A stretch of 64,000 bases of DNA, taken from IMG/VR virus record IMGVR_UViG_3300025727_000603, positions 15,311 through 79,310 of that record; one strand, 5' to 3'. Of this stretch, positions 29,018-37,744 are shown one piece after another. Position 1 is the stretch's first letter, and every line of letters begins with the position of its first letter. The position numbers and the translations under genes were made by a program. The stretch is from a virus. Under the pieces are notes generated by a model. It was not told the DNA's origin and searched no databases. It saw nothing but the letters and a program-made list of their open reading frames with translations.

Positions 29018-29907
29018 AGTCCGGCCGAGCAAAAGCTGATGTCTATATTGGGTATGATATAACTTATAGATGTAATTTAAGATGTGAGTATTGTTATGTA
29101 CTACATAAGCTTGATAACAAATTAACGGGTAACAAGTTTATAGCTACCATGGTTTTATTAAAATTAAAACGATTTCTCTCAGAGAATAAAGATAAAACTG
29201 TAGAATTTGATATTTTAGGAGGTGAGCCTTTATCGTTCGAGGGACTTACTGAATATGTACATAAACTAGAAGATATTCGACTAGAATATAACAATCTTAA
29301 AATTATAACAATTACAACTAACGGAGTATTCCCTACACTCCCTAATTTTAATGATATTGAATATAATAATAATATTCAATTTCAGGTGTCGTATCATAAC
29401 TACTCAAATAATATCAAACTTTTAAAGGAGAACCTACTAAAGTTTCTAAGAATTACAGATCTAGTTACATTAACAATTCATTTATATGATGATAAATTAA
29501 GAATTCAAGAGATTAGAGATATTATAGAGTTCTGTAATTCTAATCATATACATACTTGTACTATAGATATTAACGACCTTGGTAATGATTTTAAAATGGT
29601 AAATAATTCTGTATTCACTGAGATATCAGACTTAACTTCTCTAGATAATATTAAAAATTATCAAGTAGGTAACACAGAGATGTCAAGAAAGAATATACAT
29701 GACATAAACTGGATAAAGGACTCAATGAAATACTGTAATCTTTCTTGTTTTAATATAGATTACTACGGTGACATTACAGCGGATTGTAATTATACTTTAG
29801 ATAGAAAAAATATTACAACATCTGATATAGAACTCTATAAAGTATACTGTAAACATATATCGTGTATGGGTGGTTCTGGTTTAGACCAGAAGAAGGAATA
29901 TGTATGA
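28990..29907 (+). CDS. Radical SAM enzyme 7
   Basis: CNLRCEYC, ILGGEPL, TTNG, SYH; C-terminal YC..DC..CKHISC. Confidence 0.92.
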   Translation: MQSESKKLVKSGRAKADVYIGYDITYRCNLRCEYCYVLHKLDNKLTGNKFIATMVLLKLKRFLSENKDKTVEFDILGGEPLSFEGLTEYVHKLEDIRLEYNNLKIITITTNGVFPTLPNFNDIEYNNNIQFQVSYHNYSNNIKLLKENLLKFLRITDLVTLTIHLYDDKLRIQEIRDIIEFCNSNHIHTCTIDINDLGNDFKMVNNSVFTEISDLTSLDNIKNYQVGNTEMSRKNIHDINWIKDSMKYCNLSCFNIDYYGDITADCNYTLDRKNITTSDIELYKVYCKHISCMGGSGLDQKKEYV

Positions 29908-30653
29908 TAATTAACCAGCTTAAACTATATAGGCGATGGGAACGTATAATGTCTAAGGGTCATTCTCTATCTCCCACGATGTTTAGTCTAAAGAAAACAC
30001 TCTACTTTAATAATAAAGTATCAAAACTTCTATATAAAGACACAGGTGTGTTGGTTGACGTAAAATCAATTATTCCTTTAGTAAGTCATGAAAACAAGTT
30101 TACATATAATTGTGTCATTAACTCTAAAAAATATGTATTAAAGAATGAGCTACGGCGTAATATAGAATCAACTCTTATATATCAATTTTACTATTTTGAT
30201 AAATTGAAAAAGAGATATCCATTTGTTTTTGAGAGATTTAGGACAAAGGAAGATGTTCTAAAGTATAATTCGATTAAGGCAAAAGAATTAATTAATTTTA
30301 TAGGCTCCTACGAATACTCTATACAAGAACACCTTCCAGAGTTATTAGAGGAAACTGATAATTTTTTTGTATTTAAATACTATGATATTATAGAGTATTC
30401 AGAGGATGAATATAAGAATAATATGCATACCTTATTAAATATATTTAATAATGATATTGTACCTATAGTTTTAGCGCGCCAGAATGTCGCGAAGTTAGTA
30501 GACTCAGATAAGTTTATAATGTATGATATTGATATATTAAATAAAGATCCTATAATTAATTGGCCACGCGAGGGAGTTTGTACGATAGCTCCCTCTGGAA
30601 TGGATGATAACAATTGTGATGGTCTTCTCAAAATATATAAGGAGAAGAAATGA
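29904..30653 (+). CDS. Hypothetical protein, possibly degenerate kinase-like fold
   Basis: Start reassigned to ATG 29904 (ATGA overlap, AAGGA RBS). Weak kinase-like elements KYVLK, LARQN, FIMYDID. C-terminus copies that of rSAM 6. Confidence 0.55.
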   Translation: MIINQLKLYRRWERIMSKGHSLSPTMFSLKKTLYFNNKVSKLLYKDTGVLVDVKSIIPLVSHENKFTYNCVINSKKYVLKNELRRNIESTLIYQFYYFDKLKKRYPFVFERFRTKEDVLKYNSIKAKELINFIGSYEYSIQEHLPELLEETDNFFVFKYYDIIEYSEDEYKNNMHTLLNIFNNDIVPIVLARQNVAKLVDSDKFIMYDIDILNKDPIINWPREGVCTIAPSGMDDNNCDGLLKIYKEKK

Positions 30654-31528
30654 AAATACAGGTTAAATTAGCTGGTGCGGTATCTCATTATAATTTATTT
30701 AAATTATTAAAAAAATCTATTCAGAGGTATCAAGGGATATTTGATTTTACTGTTTATGATGCACCCAATCTTTGTAAATGGAATGCTGGTCGTGTAAATC
30801 GTGATATAACAATAACGCCGGAAATGGTAAGGTGGTATAATGACGCAGGGATAGGGGTGGCATTTACATTCACAAATGATATTATTGATGTCACTGATCC
30901 GGTGGGTATTGACTTATTAGAGATGCTTGATCACAATCCATTGAATTCTATAATACTAATAAACGATGACTTCAGGGAATTTTTGCGTGAGTCATACCCA
31001 AAATATAAATTAACTTTCTCTATTACTGGGCATCCGAATGATATAACTATAACAAATAAATTATTACAACATTATCTCAATTTAGAATCTAAGTATGATG
31101 TTATTGTTCCTAGATTTGAAATGACCTTTAATTCAGAATTTCTTTCGGCCATTGATTCTAAAAAATATGAACCTATAACAAATGACACTTGCATATATGG
31201 ATGTAATATATTGAGAGAGCATATGTCTACCATAGCAGATAAGAATAGGATGTATGATAACCCTTGGGTAGACATGGAACATGGTGAGGCATTTAAGGTA
31301 GAGGAGTGTTGGATAAAACATTTTGATCCTGATGTCGGGTCAGATAAAGATAGAGAAGAATATGGAGAAGAACTTGGGATGGATTTTACAAAGAGTATGT
31401 ATACAAGGGCTCTAAAATCTGGGTATCGTAGATTTAAAGTTATGGGCCGTGAACTTGGTAGTTTAGAACTTCGTACTGAAATTATAAACAATCTTAAATT
31501 ATTAAAAGAAGCATATGAAGAAATCTAA
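30650..31528 (+). CDS. Peptidase U32-like Fe-S protein (UbiU/UbiV/TrhP superfamily)
   Basis: CKWNAGR, FTFTN, NDTCIYGC..H, EECW and C-terminal GYRRFKVMGRE (cf. the U32 LKIEGR motif). Confidence 0.7.
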   Translation: MKIQVKLAGAVSHYNLFKLLKKSIQRYQGIFDFTVYDAPNLCKWNAGRVNRDITITPEMVRWYNDAGIGVAFTFTNDIIDVTDPVGIDLLEMLDHNPLNSIILINDDFREFLRESYPKYKLTFSITGHPNDITITNKLLQHYLNLESKYDVIVPRFEMTFNSEFLSAIDSKKYEPITNDTCIYGCNILREHMSTIADKNRMYDNPWVDMEHGEAFKVEECWIKHFDPDVGSDKDREEYGEELGMDFTKSMYTRALKSGYRRFKVMGRELGSLELRTEIINNLKLLKEAYEEI

Positions 31529-32369
31529 CAGTAGGATTCCTATCAGATCTGTTGAATGGTTGGTCACAGAAAATTGTAATTATACTTGTGACTATTGTGC
31601 TTTATATAACTCTAATAAGCCATCCAGAGATTTGAATGAGATAAGAAAATTTCTAATTGGGATAGCAAGGAAACAAATTATATATGACTTTACTTTTTTC
31701 GTATTCGGTGGGGAACCATTTCTTCATCCATCAATAAAAGAAATTATAGTAATGATGAATGAACTACATATTGATTATGTCTTCCAAACAAATCTTTCTA
31801 ATAAGAGTGTAAAGAAAATTACTGATATACTTGATTCTGGAGTCACGATACAGGGGATTAATATCTCTGTCCATTTCTCTCAGCAATCACTATCTCAGTA
31901 CATAAAAAATATTAGGAGTATGATAAATCTTTCTGCTAATATTAAAATAATAGATGTGATGTATGATGGGTTTTATAATGTAGAATTATATAGACAATTA
32001 GTAAAAGAATTGAAGCACTTTAAGTACTTTAATGATATAGCTATATTTCTAGTACCTGTATCTGATTTTTTGGTCACTGGATTTGGTGATCATCTTCGGG
32101 AGTATAATAAATTAGTTATTGATTCAAAGTATAATGATATTAAATTTGAAGAAGAGTTTATGGTGCATCCTATTACAGGAAAGGATACTGAACGAAGAAT
32201 TATTTGGGAAGAATTTGTAAATAAAGAATGGTCACCAAGGGGTAAAGAATGTCTTATGAAAAAGAGTTTTGAGATGTATGATTCTAATCTAAAATTATTT
32301 AATTGTTGTTTCCATGATTATATTGAGGAACCATATATTTGTCCTTATGATAAATGCTTTTTGAGTTAG
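31515..32369 (+). CDS. Radical SAM enzyme 8
   Basis: CNYTCDYC, VFGGEPFLHP, QTN, SVH; C-terminal ECL..NCC..ICPYDKC. Confidence 0.92.
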   Translation: MKKSNSRIPIRSVEWLVTENCNYTCDYCALYNSNKPSRDLNEIRKFLIGIARKQIIYDFTFFVFGGEPFLHPSIKEIIVMMNELHIDYVFQTNLSNKSVKKITDILDSGVTIQGINISVHFSQQSLSQYIKNIRSMINLSANIKIIDVMYDGFYNVELYRQLVKELKHFKYFNDIAIFLVPVSDFLVTGFGDHLREYNKLVIDSKYNDIKFEEEFMVHPITGKDTERRIIWEEFVNKEWSPRGKECLMKKSFEMYDSNLKLFNCCFHDYIEEPYICPYDKCFLS

Positions 32370-32379
32370 AGTACTGAGA

Positions 32380-33066
32380 ATGAAAAAGGAATTACTTACC
32401 TACTCATATGAACAGGGATTATCTCATATCCCATCTGCCTTATCTATGCTTGATTATGTTGACACACTATTCTCTAATAGATTAGTAACTCCAGAAGACT
32501 ATATAATAATAGGTAAACCGTTTGGATCTCAAGCATATTATCTGGTATGGGAGAAGCTTGGTTATTTAGATAATATAGAATCTCTAAGTCCTGGTCTTAA
32601 ACATGATGAAATAGATTTTGTGGATTATTCAGAAGAAACTATAGGCAATGCTCTTGGTGTAGCATCAGGTATCGCACTTACTACTGATAGACTGATATGG
32701 GTTAATATAACAGATGGAGCACTTCAAATGGGTAATACCCTAGAAGCTATACAGTTTATTGGAGCTAAATGTCAGAATAATATATTACTTACAGTTGATT
32801 ATAACGGATCTCAAGTGACAGGGAGAACGGATGATATTATTACAGTAGATCCAGTAATACAGATGCTATCTTTATATGGATGGGATGTACATTATGATAG
32901 TCTAGATAATTTTAAGATATCAAGTAAGCCGTGTGCCTTTATAATGAATACAGTAAAGGGTGATGGGGTTGATACTATGATACAGGATGAGAAGAAATGG
33001 CATTACAAGAAAATAGAAACATTGAAAGAATTACAATCGTTGGTGGTGGAACTTCAGGTTATCTAA
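32380..33066 (+). CDS. Transketolase-like, N-terminal ThDP-binding subunit
   Basis: SHIPSALS, GNALGVASGIAL, TDGALQMG..EA, VDYNGSQ, YGWDV, TVKGDG, WHY. Confidence 0.85.
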   Translation: MKKELLTYSYEQGLSHIPSALSMLDYVDTLFSNRLVTPEDYIIIGKPFGSQAYYLVWEKLGYLDNIESLSPGLKHDEIDFVDYSEETIGNALGVASGIALTTDRLIWVNITDGALQMGNTLEAIQFIGAKCQNNILLTVDYNGSQVTGRTDDIITVDPVIQMLSLYGWDVHYDSLDNFKISSKPCAFIMNTVKGDGVDTMIQDEKKWHYKKIETLKELQSLVVELQVI

Positions 33067-34238
33067 GTGCTTTATTTTTAGGTAAAACATACCCAGAGAA
33101 ATCTATTACATGGATATATCCAGAAGATAATAATCCTATAGGTGTAGGGGAGGCATTAGTACCTCCTGTATCTAAGTTCCTTTATAATTTAGGTATTTCA
33201 CATGAAGATATTCTTAAACATTGTAACGGAACATTAAAGCTTGGAATAAAACTTGAAGATTTTAGTCTGAAAGAATGTGTATTTCCTTTTGGTATTGGGG
33301 CCTCTGAAGAAAATAGTATATTAAATATAATTAAATCTAATAAGATACCTTCTAATATATTAGATTACCAAGATATATCAGTACATTTAAGAACAACAGA
33401 AGCATTAACATTTATAGAGAAGTTAATACCATCTAATGTAAGTATCTCTAGAGATAAAGTAGATAGAGTAGAGGGATATGACTTATTAGTGGATTGTACA
33501 GGATTTACTCGTAAATTTAGTTATCTTAAAGATAATCACAAATCTATATCACATATAATACCAAATAATAGAGCCTTATCTTACAGAGCGGAATATACTA
33601 ATCTCAAAGAACAAATGCTCCCGTATTCCATATTTAAAGCAATGGATTTTGGTTGGGTATGGAATATACCCTTAGGTGATCAATTAGCTATGGGATATGT
33701 ACATAATAGTAAATATGATGTCCAATCTGAGTTTATTTCTTACATTAAAGATAAAATGGGTATTATTGTAGAGAAGGATGATATTGATGAAATAGATATG
33801 GTAACCGGACGTAATAAAATACATCTTCATAATAATATAGTCCCTATAGGACTTTCATCAGGGTTTATAGAACCATTAGAATCAACTGGGTTATATCTAA
33901 CAACATACGCTCTTGAAACATTAAGTAAATATATTAACTCAGAGATATCTGAAAAACAATATAATGAATCTATTAACTCCACCTTTGATGGTATTACTGA
34001 TTTTATAGGAGCTCATTATAAGTTCTCTAATAGAGATAATGAATACTGGAATATGTATAAAGATATTGATATTAATCTATATAATGAAATAGATATATTT
34101 CCAAAGGAAGCATGGGATTATATTCTTTCTGGATTTGGTATGACCGAACGACCAAAAGAACAGTTGGATATAAAAGAGATGATAAAGATATCAAAAGGTA
34201 TAAATTACACAGAATGGTATGAGAGCAACTTTAAATAA
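32997..34238 (+). CDS. Flavin-dependent tryptophan-halogenase family protein
   Basis: IVGGGTSG, IGVGEA, GTLKLGI (catalytic Lys position), DCTGF, GWVWNIPL (WxWxIP), GFIEPLESTGL. Confidence 0.88.
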   Translation: MALQENRNIERITIVGGGTSGYLSALFLGKTYPEKSITWIYPEDNNPIGVGEALVPPVSKFLYNLGISHEDILKHCNGTLKLGIKLEDFSLKECVFPFGIGASEENSILNIIKSNKIPSNILDYQDISVHLRTTEALTFIEKLIPSNVSISRDKVDRVEGYDLLVDCTGFTRKFSYLKDNHKSISHIIPNNRALSYRAEYTNLKEQMLPYSIFKAMDFGWVWNIPLGDQLAMGYVHNSKYDVQSEFISYIKDKMGIIVEKDDIDEIDMVTGRNKIHLHNNIVPIGLSSGFIEPLESTGLYLTTYALETLSKYINSEISEKQYNESINSTFDGITDFIGAHYKFSNRDNEYWNMYKDIDINLYNEIDIFPKEAWDYILSGFGMTERPKEQLDIKEMIKISKGINYTEWYESNFK

Positions 34239-34680
34239 ATTTATAAGACGTACCGATAACACTATACTACTTCATTGTGATATGTGGGGTTTTGATTGTC
34301 CTTCAATCAATGTAGGTATACAAGAACCTAATATGGTTAATATAGCAGCTGGTCTTGCATCACAAGGTAAGAAAGTAGTTATATACGGTGTTGCTGGATT
34401 TGTATTGTATAAAGCATATGAACAAATAAAACTCAATATAAAGGGTTGGTCTGAGAACTATGGATCTATAGTATTTGTTAATGCAGGCCGTAATGGTTGT
34501 TATTCTATATGTGGTCGTGGCCACTTAGTAGAAGATGACCAAGATCTTTGTAAGGCATTAGATCTAGATTTATATACACCTGCAACAAGAAAGGAATTTC
34601 TAAGAGTTCTTAAAGAAGGACTTCAAGTAAATGGATCTAGATTTATTAGATTAGGGTATGACGGTGAGGTATGGGGATGA
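34219..34680 (+). CDS. Transketolase-like pyrimidine-binding subunit
   Basis: NVGIQEPNMVNIAAGLA, YKAYEQIK, GRGH, FIRLG; lacks the third (C-terminal) domain. Confidence 0.85.
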   Translation: MRATLNKFIRRTDNTILLHCDMWGFDCPSINVGIQEPNMVNIAAGLASQGKKVVIYGVAGFVLYKAYEQIKLNIKGWSENYGSIVFVNAGRNGCYSICGRGHLVEDDQDLCKALDLDLYTPATRKEFLRVLKEGLQVNGSRFIRLGYDGEVWG

Positions 34681-35282
34681 GATGTCTAGTTACTGGATAT
34701 AACGGATTCTTAATGAGTTATCTGATACCCTGTTTAAAGTATGATATTGTATATTATGAGGTTGATAAGGAATACAAGGATATTGATATTGTAATACATT
34801 TTGCATCACCATCAGATGATTTTGATTTCCTTGATAAATCTAAAACTGCACATAGTATGATAGATATGACTATAGAACTATTAAATATAGCTAGAAAGAA
34901 CAATGCTAAGTTTATATTCTCTTCTTCAATGGCATCTCAAGAGATTACAAATGAATACTCTGTATATAAGCTTGCAATGGAACACTATATACAAAGTACA
35001 TATAATAATCATTGTATTCTTAGAATACCAAGAGTATATGGTCAACTGAAGAAAAAGGGATTAATGAGAAAGTTTAGAGAAGATTTAGTACCTCCCTCTG
35101 ATATGAACTTATCTATAGAATATATAGACATACATGAATGGTTATTACAAACTATTCAGTACATAAAAGGTCCTTTAGGACTTTTTGAATATAACAATTT
35201 AACAATAGATACATTATATAACATTAAACATGAATATATTAATACTAGGCGGGACAGGATTTATAGGAACACATCTAGCTAG
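34677..35282 (+). CDS. NAD-dependent epimerase/dehydratase/reductase (SDR, short)
   Basis: LVTGYNGF, VIHFAS, FIFSSS, YSVYK (YxxxK), LRIPRVYG; ATGA overlap at 34677. Confidence 0.85.
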   Translation: MRCLVTGYNGFLMSYLIPCLKYDIVYYEVDKEYKDIDIVIHFASPSDDFDFLDKSKTAHSMIDMTIELLNIARKNNAKFIFSSSMASQEITNEYSVYKLAMEHYIQSTYNNHCILRIPRVYGQLKKKGLMRKFREDLVPPSDMNLSIEYIDIHEWLLQTIQYIKGPLGLFEYNNLTIDTLYNIKHEYINTRRDRIYRNTSS

Positions 35283-36129
35283 ATCATATGAAGAATCAGG
35301 TGACTCTGTAACTGTAATAGATAACTATTCTACATCAAATTCTGGTGGTCTTAAAGTACTTAAGAACATTGATATAGTCTATAATGATATAACAAAGATG
35401 GATGATTCCATACTTTACCCATATATTGGAAATGCAGATAAGATTTATTTTCTTGCAGGATCTGTTGGTGTATCTAATATAGACTCTAATCCCTATCAAA
35501 CTCTTTTGAATAATGTTGATATCTGTAGAAAACTTATCCCCCTATTTGAAAAGGCTCAGAGGCATGTAATATTCACATCATCCTCTGAAATATATGGTTC
35601 TGCTGAGTATGCATTTTCTGAAGACGATCCAGCATCTATACCCTCATCACTTAATACAAGAGGTGGGTATGCAACCTCTAAGTTATTAACAGAGTTTATG
35701 ATAACATCCTCTTCTTTTCCATATTCTATAGCACGTCTATTTAATGTAGTAGGATCTGGTCAGTTATCTAAGTATGGTATGGTCCTACCAAGATTTATTG
35801 AAAAGGCAAAAAAGAATAAACCTTTAGCTATATATGGTACAGGAGAGCAAATAAGATCATTTTGTCATGTCTCAGATGCTGTAAGTCTTCTACAAAAGAT
35901 AACACCTGAAGATAAATTAATTAATATAGGTAATTCTGAGGACCCTATTACTATGACAACACTAGCTATGTTAGTTATTAAACTTCTTCACTCAAAATCT
36001 ATAATTTCCTATAAAAATCCAAGGTCTGGTGAGATTATGTATAGAATACCCGATATGTCTATGGCAATTAATAAGTATGATTATAAACCTAGATATGATT
36101 TAGGTGATATAATAAAGGAAATGATGTGA
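35230..36129 (+). CDS. NAD-dependent nucleotide-sugar epimerase/decarboxylase (extended SDR)
   Basis: ILGGTGFIG, VIDNYST, FTSSSEIYG, YATSK, RLFNVVG, YGTGEQIRSFCHVSD. Confidence 0.9.
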   Translation: MNILILGGTGFIGTHLARSYEESGDSVTVIDNYSTSNSGGLKVLKNIDIVYNDITKMDDSILYPYIGNADKIYFLAGSVGVSNIDSNPYQTLLNNVDICRKLIPLFEKAQRHVIFTSSSEIYGSAEYAFSEDDPASIPSSLNTRGGYATSKLLTEFMITSSSFPYSIARLFNVVGSGQLSKYGMVLPRFIEKAKKNKPLAIYGTGEQIRSFCHVSDAVSLLQKITPEDKLINIGNSEDPITMTTLAMLVIKLLHSKSIISYKNPRSGEIMYRIPDMSMAINKYDYKPRYDLGDIIKEMM

Positions 36130-36767
36130 TACTTTTTATATTTGCTCACCCAGATGATGAATCGTATGGGCCATCAGGTACAATATCAAAATTATCTGAT
36201 AATAATAAAGTTGTAGTTATTTCACTATGTAAAGGTGATAAACCGCATGCAACACATGTATCTTCCGATCGAATATTAGCATTTAAAGAGTCATGTCGTC
36301 TCTTAAATGCCCAACCTATTATATTCGATCAGTCAGATTGTAATATGGATTATTCTGAAACTCTTGAAACAATTGAAACTGTTATTGAAACATACAAACC
36401 TGAAGAAGTATACACACATAATATATCAGATATACATAAGGATCATAGAATAGTATCGGAAGCTTGTATGGTAGCATGCAGACCTAAGACCCAGAGTACA
36501 GTACGTGCTCTATACATGTTAGAAATACCGTCTTCTACAGATTGGAGTTTTGGACAAATTGAACCTGTATTTGTACCAAATTATTATGTTGATGTAACAG
36601 ATAAGATAGTGCTTAAACAACGTGTAATGTCATTATATTCAACTGAACTCTATAATTACCCTGATTGCAGATCTATAGAATCTATGGAGGCCTTAGCTAT
36701 GTACCGTGGAAAGCAAGTAGGAGTACATAGGGCAGAGGCGTTTAAACAAGTATATCGTCTATGTTAA
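36126..36767 (+). CDS. PIG-L/LmbE family N-deacetylase
   Basis: FAHPDDE, YTH..D.HKDH, YYVDVT, AEAF; GTG start. Confidence 0.92.
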   Translation: MILFIFAHPDDESYGPSGTISKLSDNNKVVVISLCKGDKPHATHVSSDRILAFKESCRLLNAQPIIFDQSDCNMDYSETLETIETVIETYKPEEVYTHNISDIHKDHRIVSEACMVACRPKTQSTVRALYMLEIPSSTDWSFGQIEPVFVPNYYVDVTDKIVLKQRVMSLYSTELYNYPDCRSIESMEALAMYRGKQVGVHRAEAFKQVYRLC

Positions 36768-37269
36768 TACGTTCTGAACCATAAAAGTCAGTAAAGCCGT
36801 ATGATTTTGAGAGTATTGCCTTATATAGACCATCAAGATCATCATTATAAGGAAAACAGAATGATGTAGGTACTGAGTTAAAATATTTTAACCAGAATTC
36901 TAACATTTCATCTGTATCTTGTTTTATCCAAGATATCTTATCTACTAATCTCTCAAACTTATTAAGATTTTGATGATAATGTGAATGGGCTCCAAGAGGT
37001 AATTCAAGCATTTGATCAAGAGTCATATAATTTTCCATATTACCCCTAAATGCTTCTTTATGAGCATTTCCACATGTTATAAATCTAGAGGATTGTATTG
37101 ACTTCTCTGGACAAATAATTCCAGACGATATAAAGAATATCTTTTGATTCTTAAGATGTCTTGCATATTCATATTGTGTGTATAGACCATCATCAAACGT
37201 TAAAAATAGATTTGGATCTATTATAAGAGGCTTTCTTAATTCGTGTATCATTAGGGTCTTATTAGTCAT
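36742..37269 (-). CDS. NodB-type polysaccharide deacetylase domain protein
   Basis: LTFDDG, GAHSHYH, FCFPY motifs. It is the only credible minus-strand gene. Confidence 0.85.
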   Translation of the reverse strand: MTNKTLMIHELRKPLIIDPNLFLTFDDGLYTQYEYARHLKNQKIFFISSGIICPEKSIQSSRFITCGNAHKEAFRGNMENYMTLDQMLELPLGAHSHYHQNLNKFERLVDKISWIKQDTDEMLEFWLKYFNSVPTSFCFPYNDDLDGLYKAILSKSYGFTDFYGSERINIDDILV

Positions 37270-37286
37270 ATAAATATATATAAATA
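37269..37286 (+). promoter_or_regulatory. Tandem T4-type late promoters TATAAATA (37269-37276 and 37279-37286)
   Basis: Two exact copies, essentially intergenic, 36-54 nt upstream of ATG 37323. Confidence 0.8.
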
Positions 37287-37322
37287 GTAATAACGATACT
37301 TATACCGAGAGAAACCACAGTT

Positions 37323-37727
37323 ATGGCCGCAATTAGCAATTTAAATATAGATCAGGGGACTGATTTTGAAGTCTCAGTATCCTTATTCGATAAAGATTTA
37401 AATCCTTTTGATCTTAGAGAATATGTTTTGGATGCTGAGAATATCCCAACTTTCCAGACACCTGGTACATATCCAGTTATTGAAGGTCAGATTAGAAAAT
37501 CCTTTAATTCAATCAAATCTTATGAATTTGATATTCAAGTAATTGATGCAATAAATGGTGTTGTAGTTCTTAGGTTACCTTATACTGTATCAAATACAAT
37601 GAAACCAGGCCGGTATATTTATGATATTGAGGTTAAATCGTTTAATGTGGTAATAGGACAGCCAATGGTTGAAAGGATTTTGCAGGGAAATATATTACTT
37701 TCCGGTAATGTAACCAAACTCATATAG
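37323..37727 (+). CDS. Conserved virion beta-sandwich protein (BppU-N/LtfC-like fibre adaptor)
   Basis: MAAISNLNIDQGTDF...QIRKS...GRYIYDIE...RILQG...VTK pattern common in marine T4-like phages. Confidence 0.7.
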   Translation: MAAISNLNIDQGTDFEVSVSLFDKDLNPFDLREYVLDAENIPTFQTPGTYPVIEGQIRKSFNSIKSYEFDIQVIDAINGVVVLRLPYTVSNTMKPGRYIYDIEVKSFNVVIGQPMVERILQGNILLSGNVTKLI

Positions 37728-37744
37728 ACTGGGAGTAGAGAAAG

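Noticed and set aside
18405-37269. DNA hypermodification cluster (7-deazaguanine or glycosylated bases)
   Set aside because: No QueC/QueD/FolE/DpdA, hydroxymethylase or nucleotide kinase is recognisable, and the context is late structural. Not fully excluded for the glycosyltransferases.
18405-37269. Chimeric assembly with a bacterial O-antigen/capsule locus
   Set aside because: It is coupled by TAATG to a phage fibre gene, ends at phage late promoters, and has no flippase, polymerase or membrane proteins. Read-level confirmation is still desirable.
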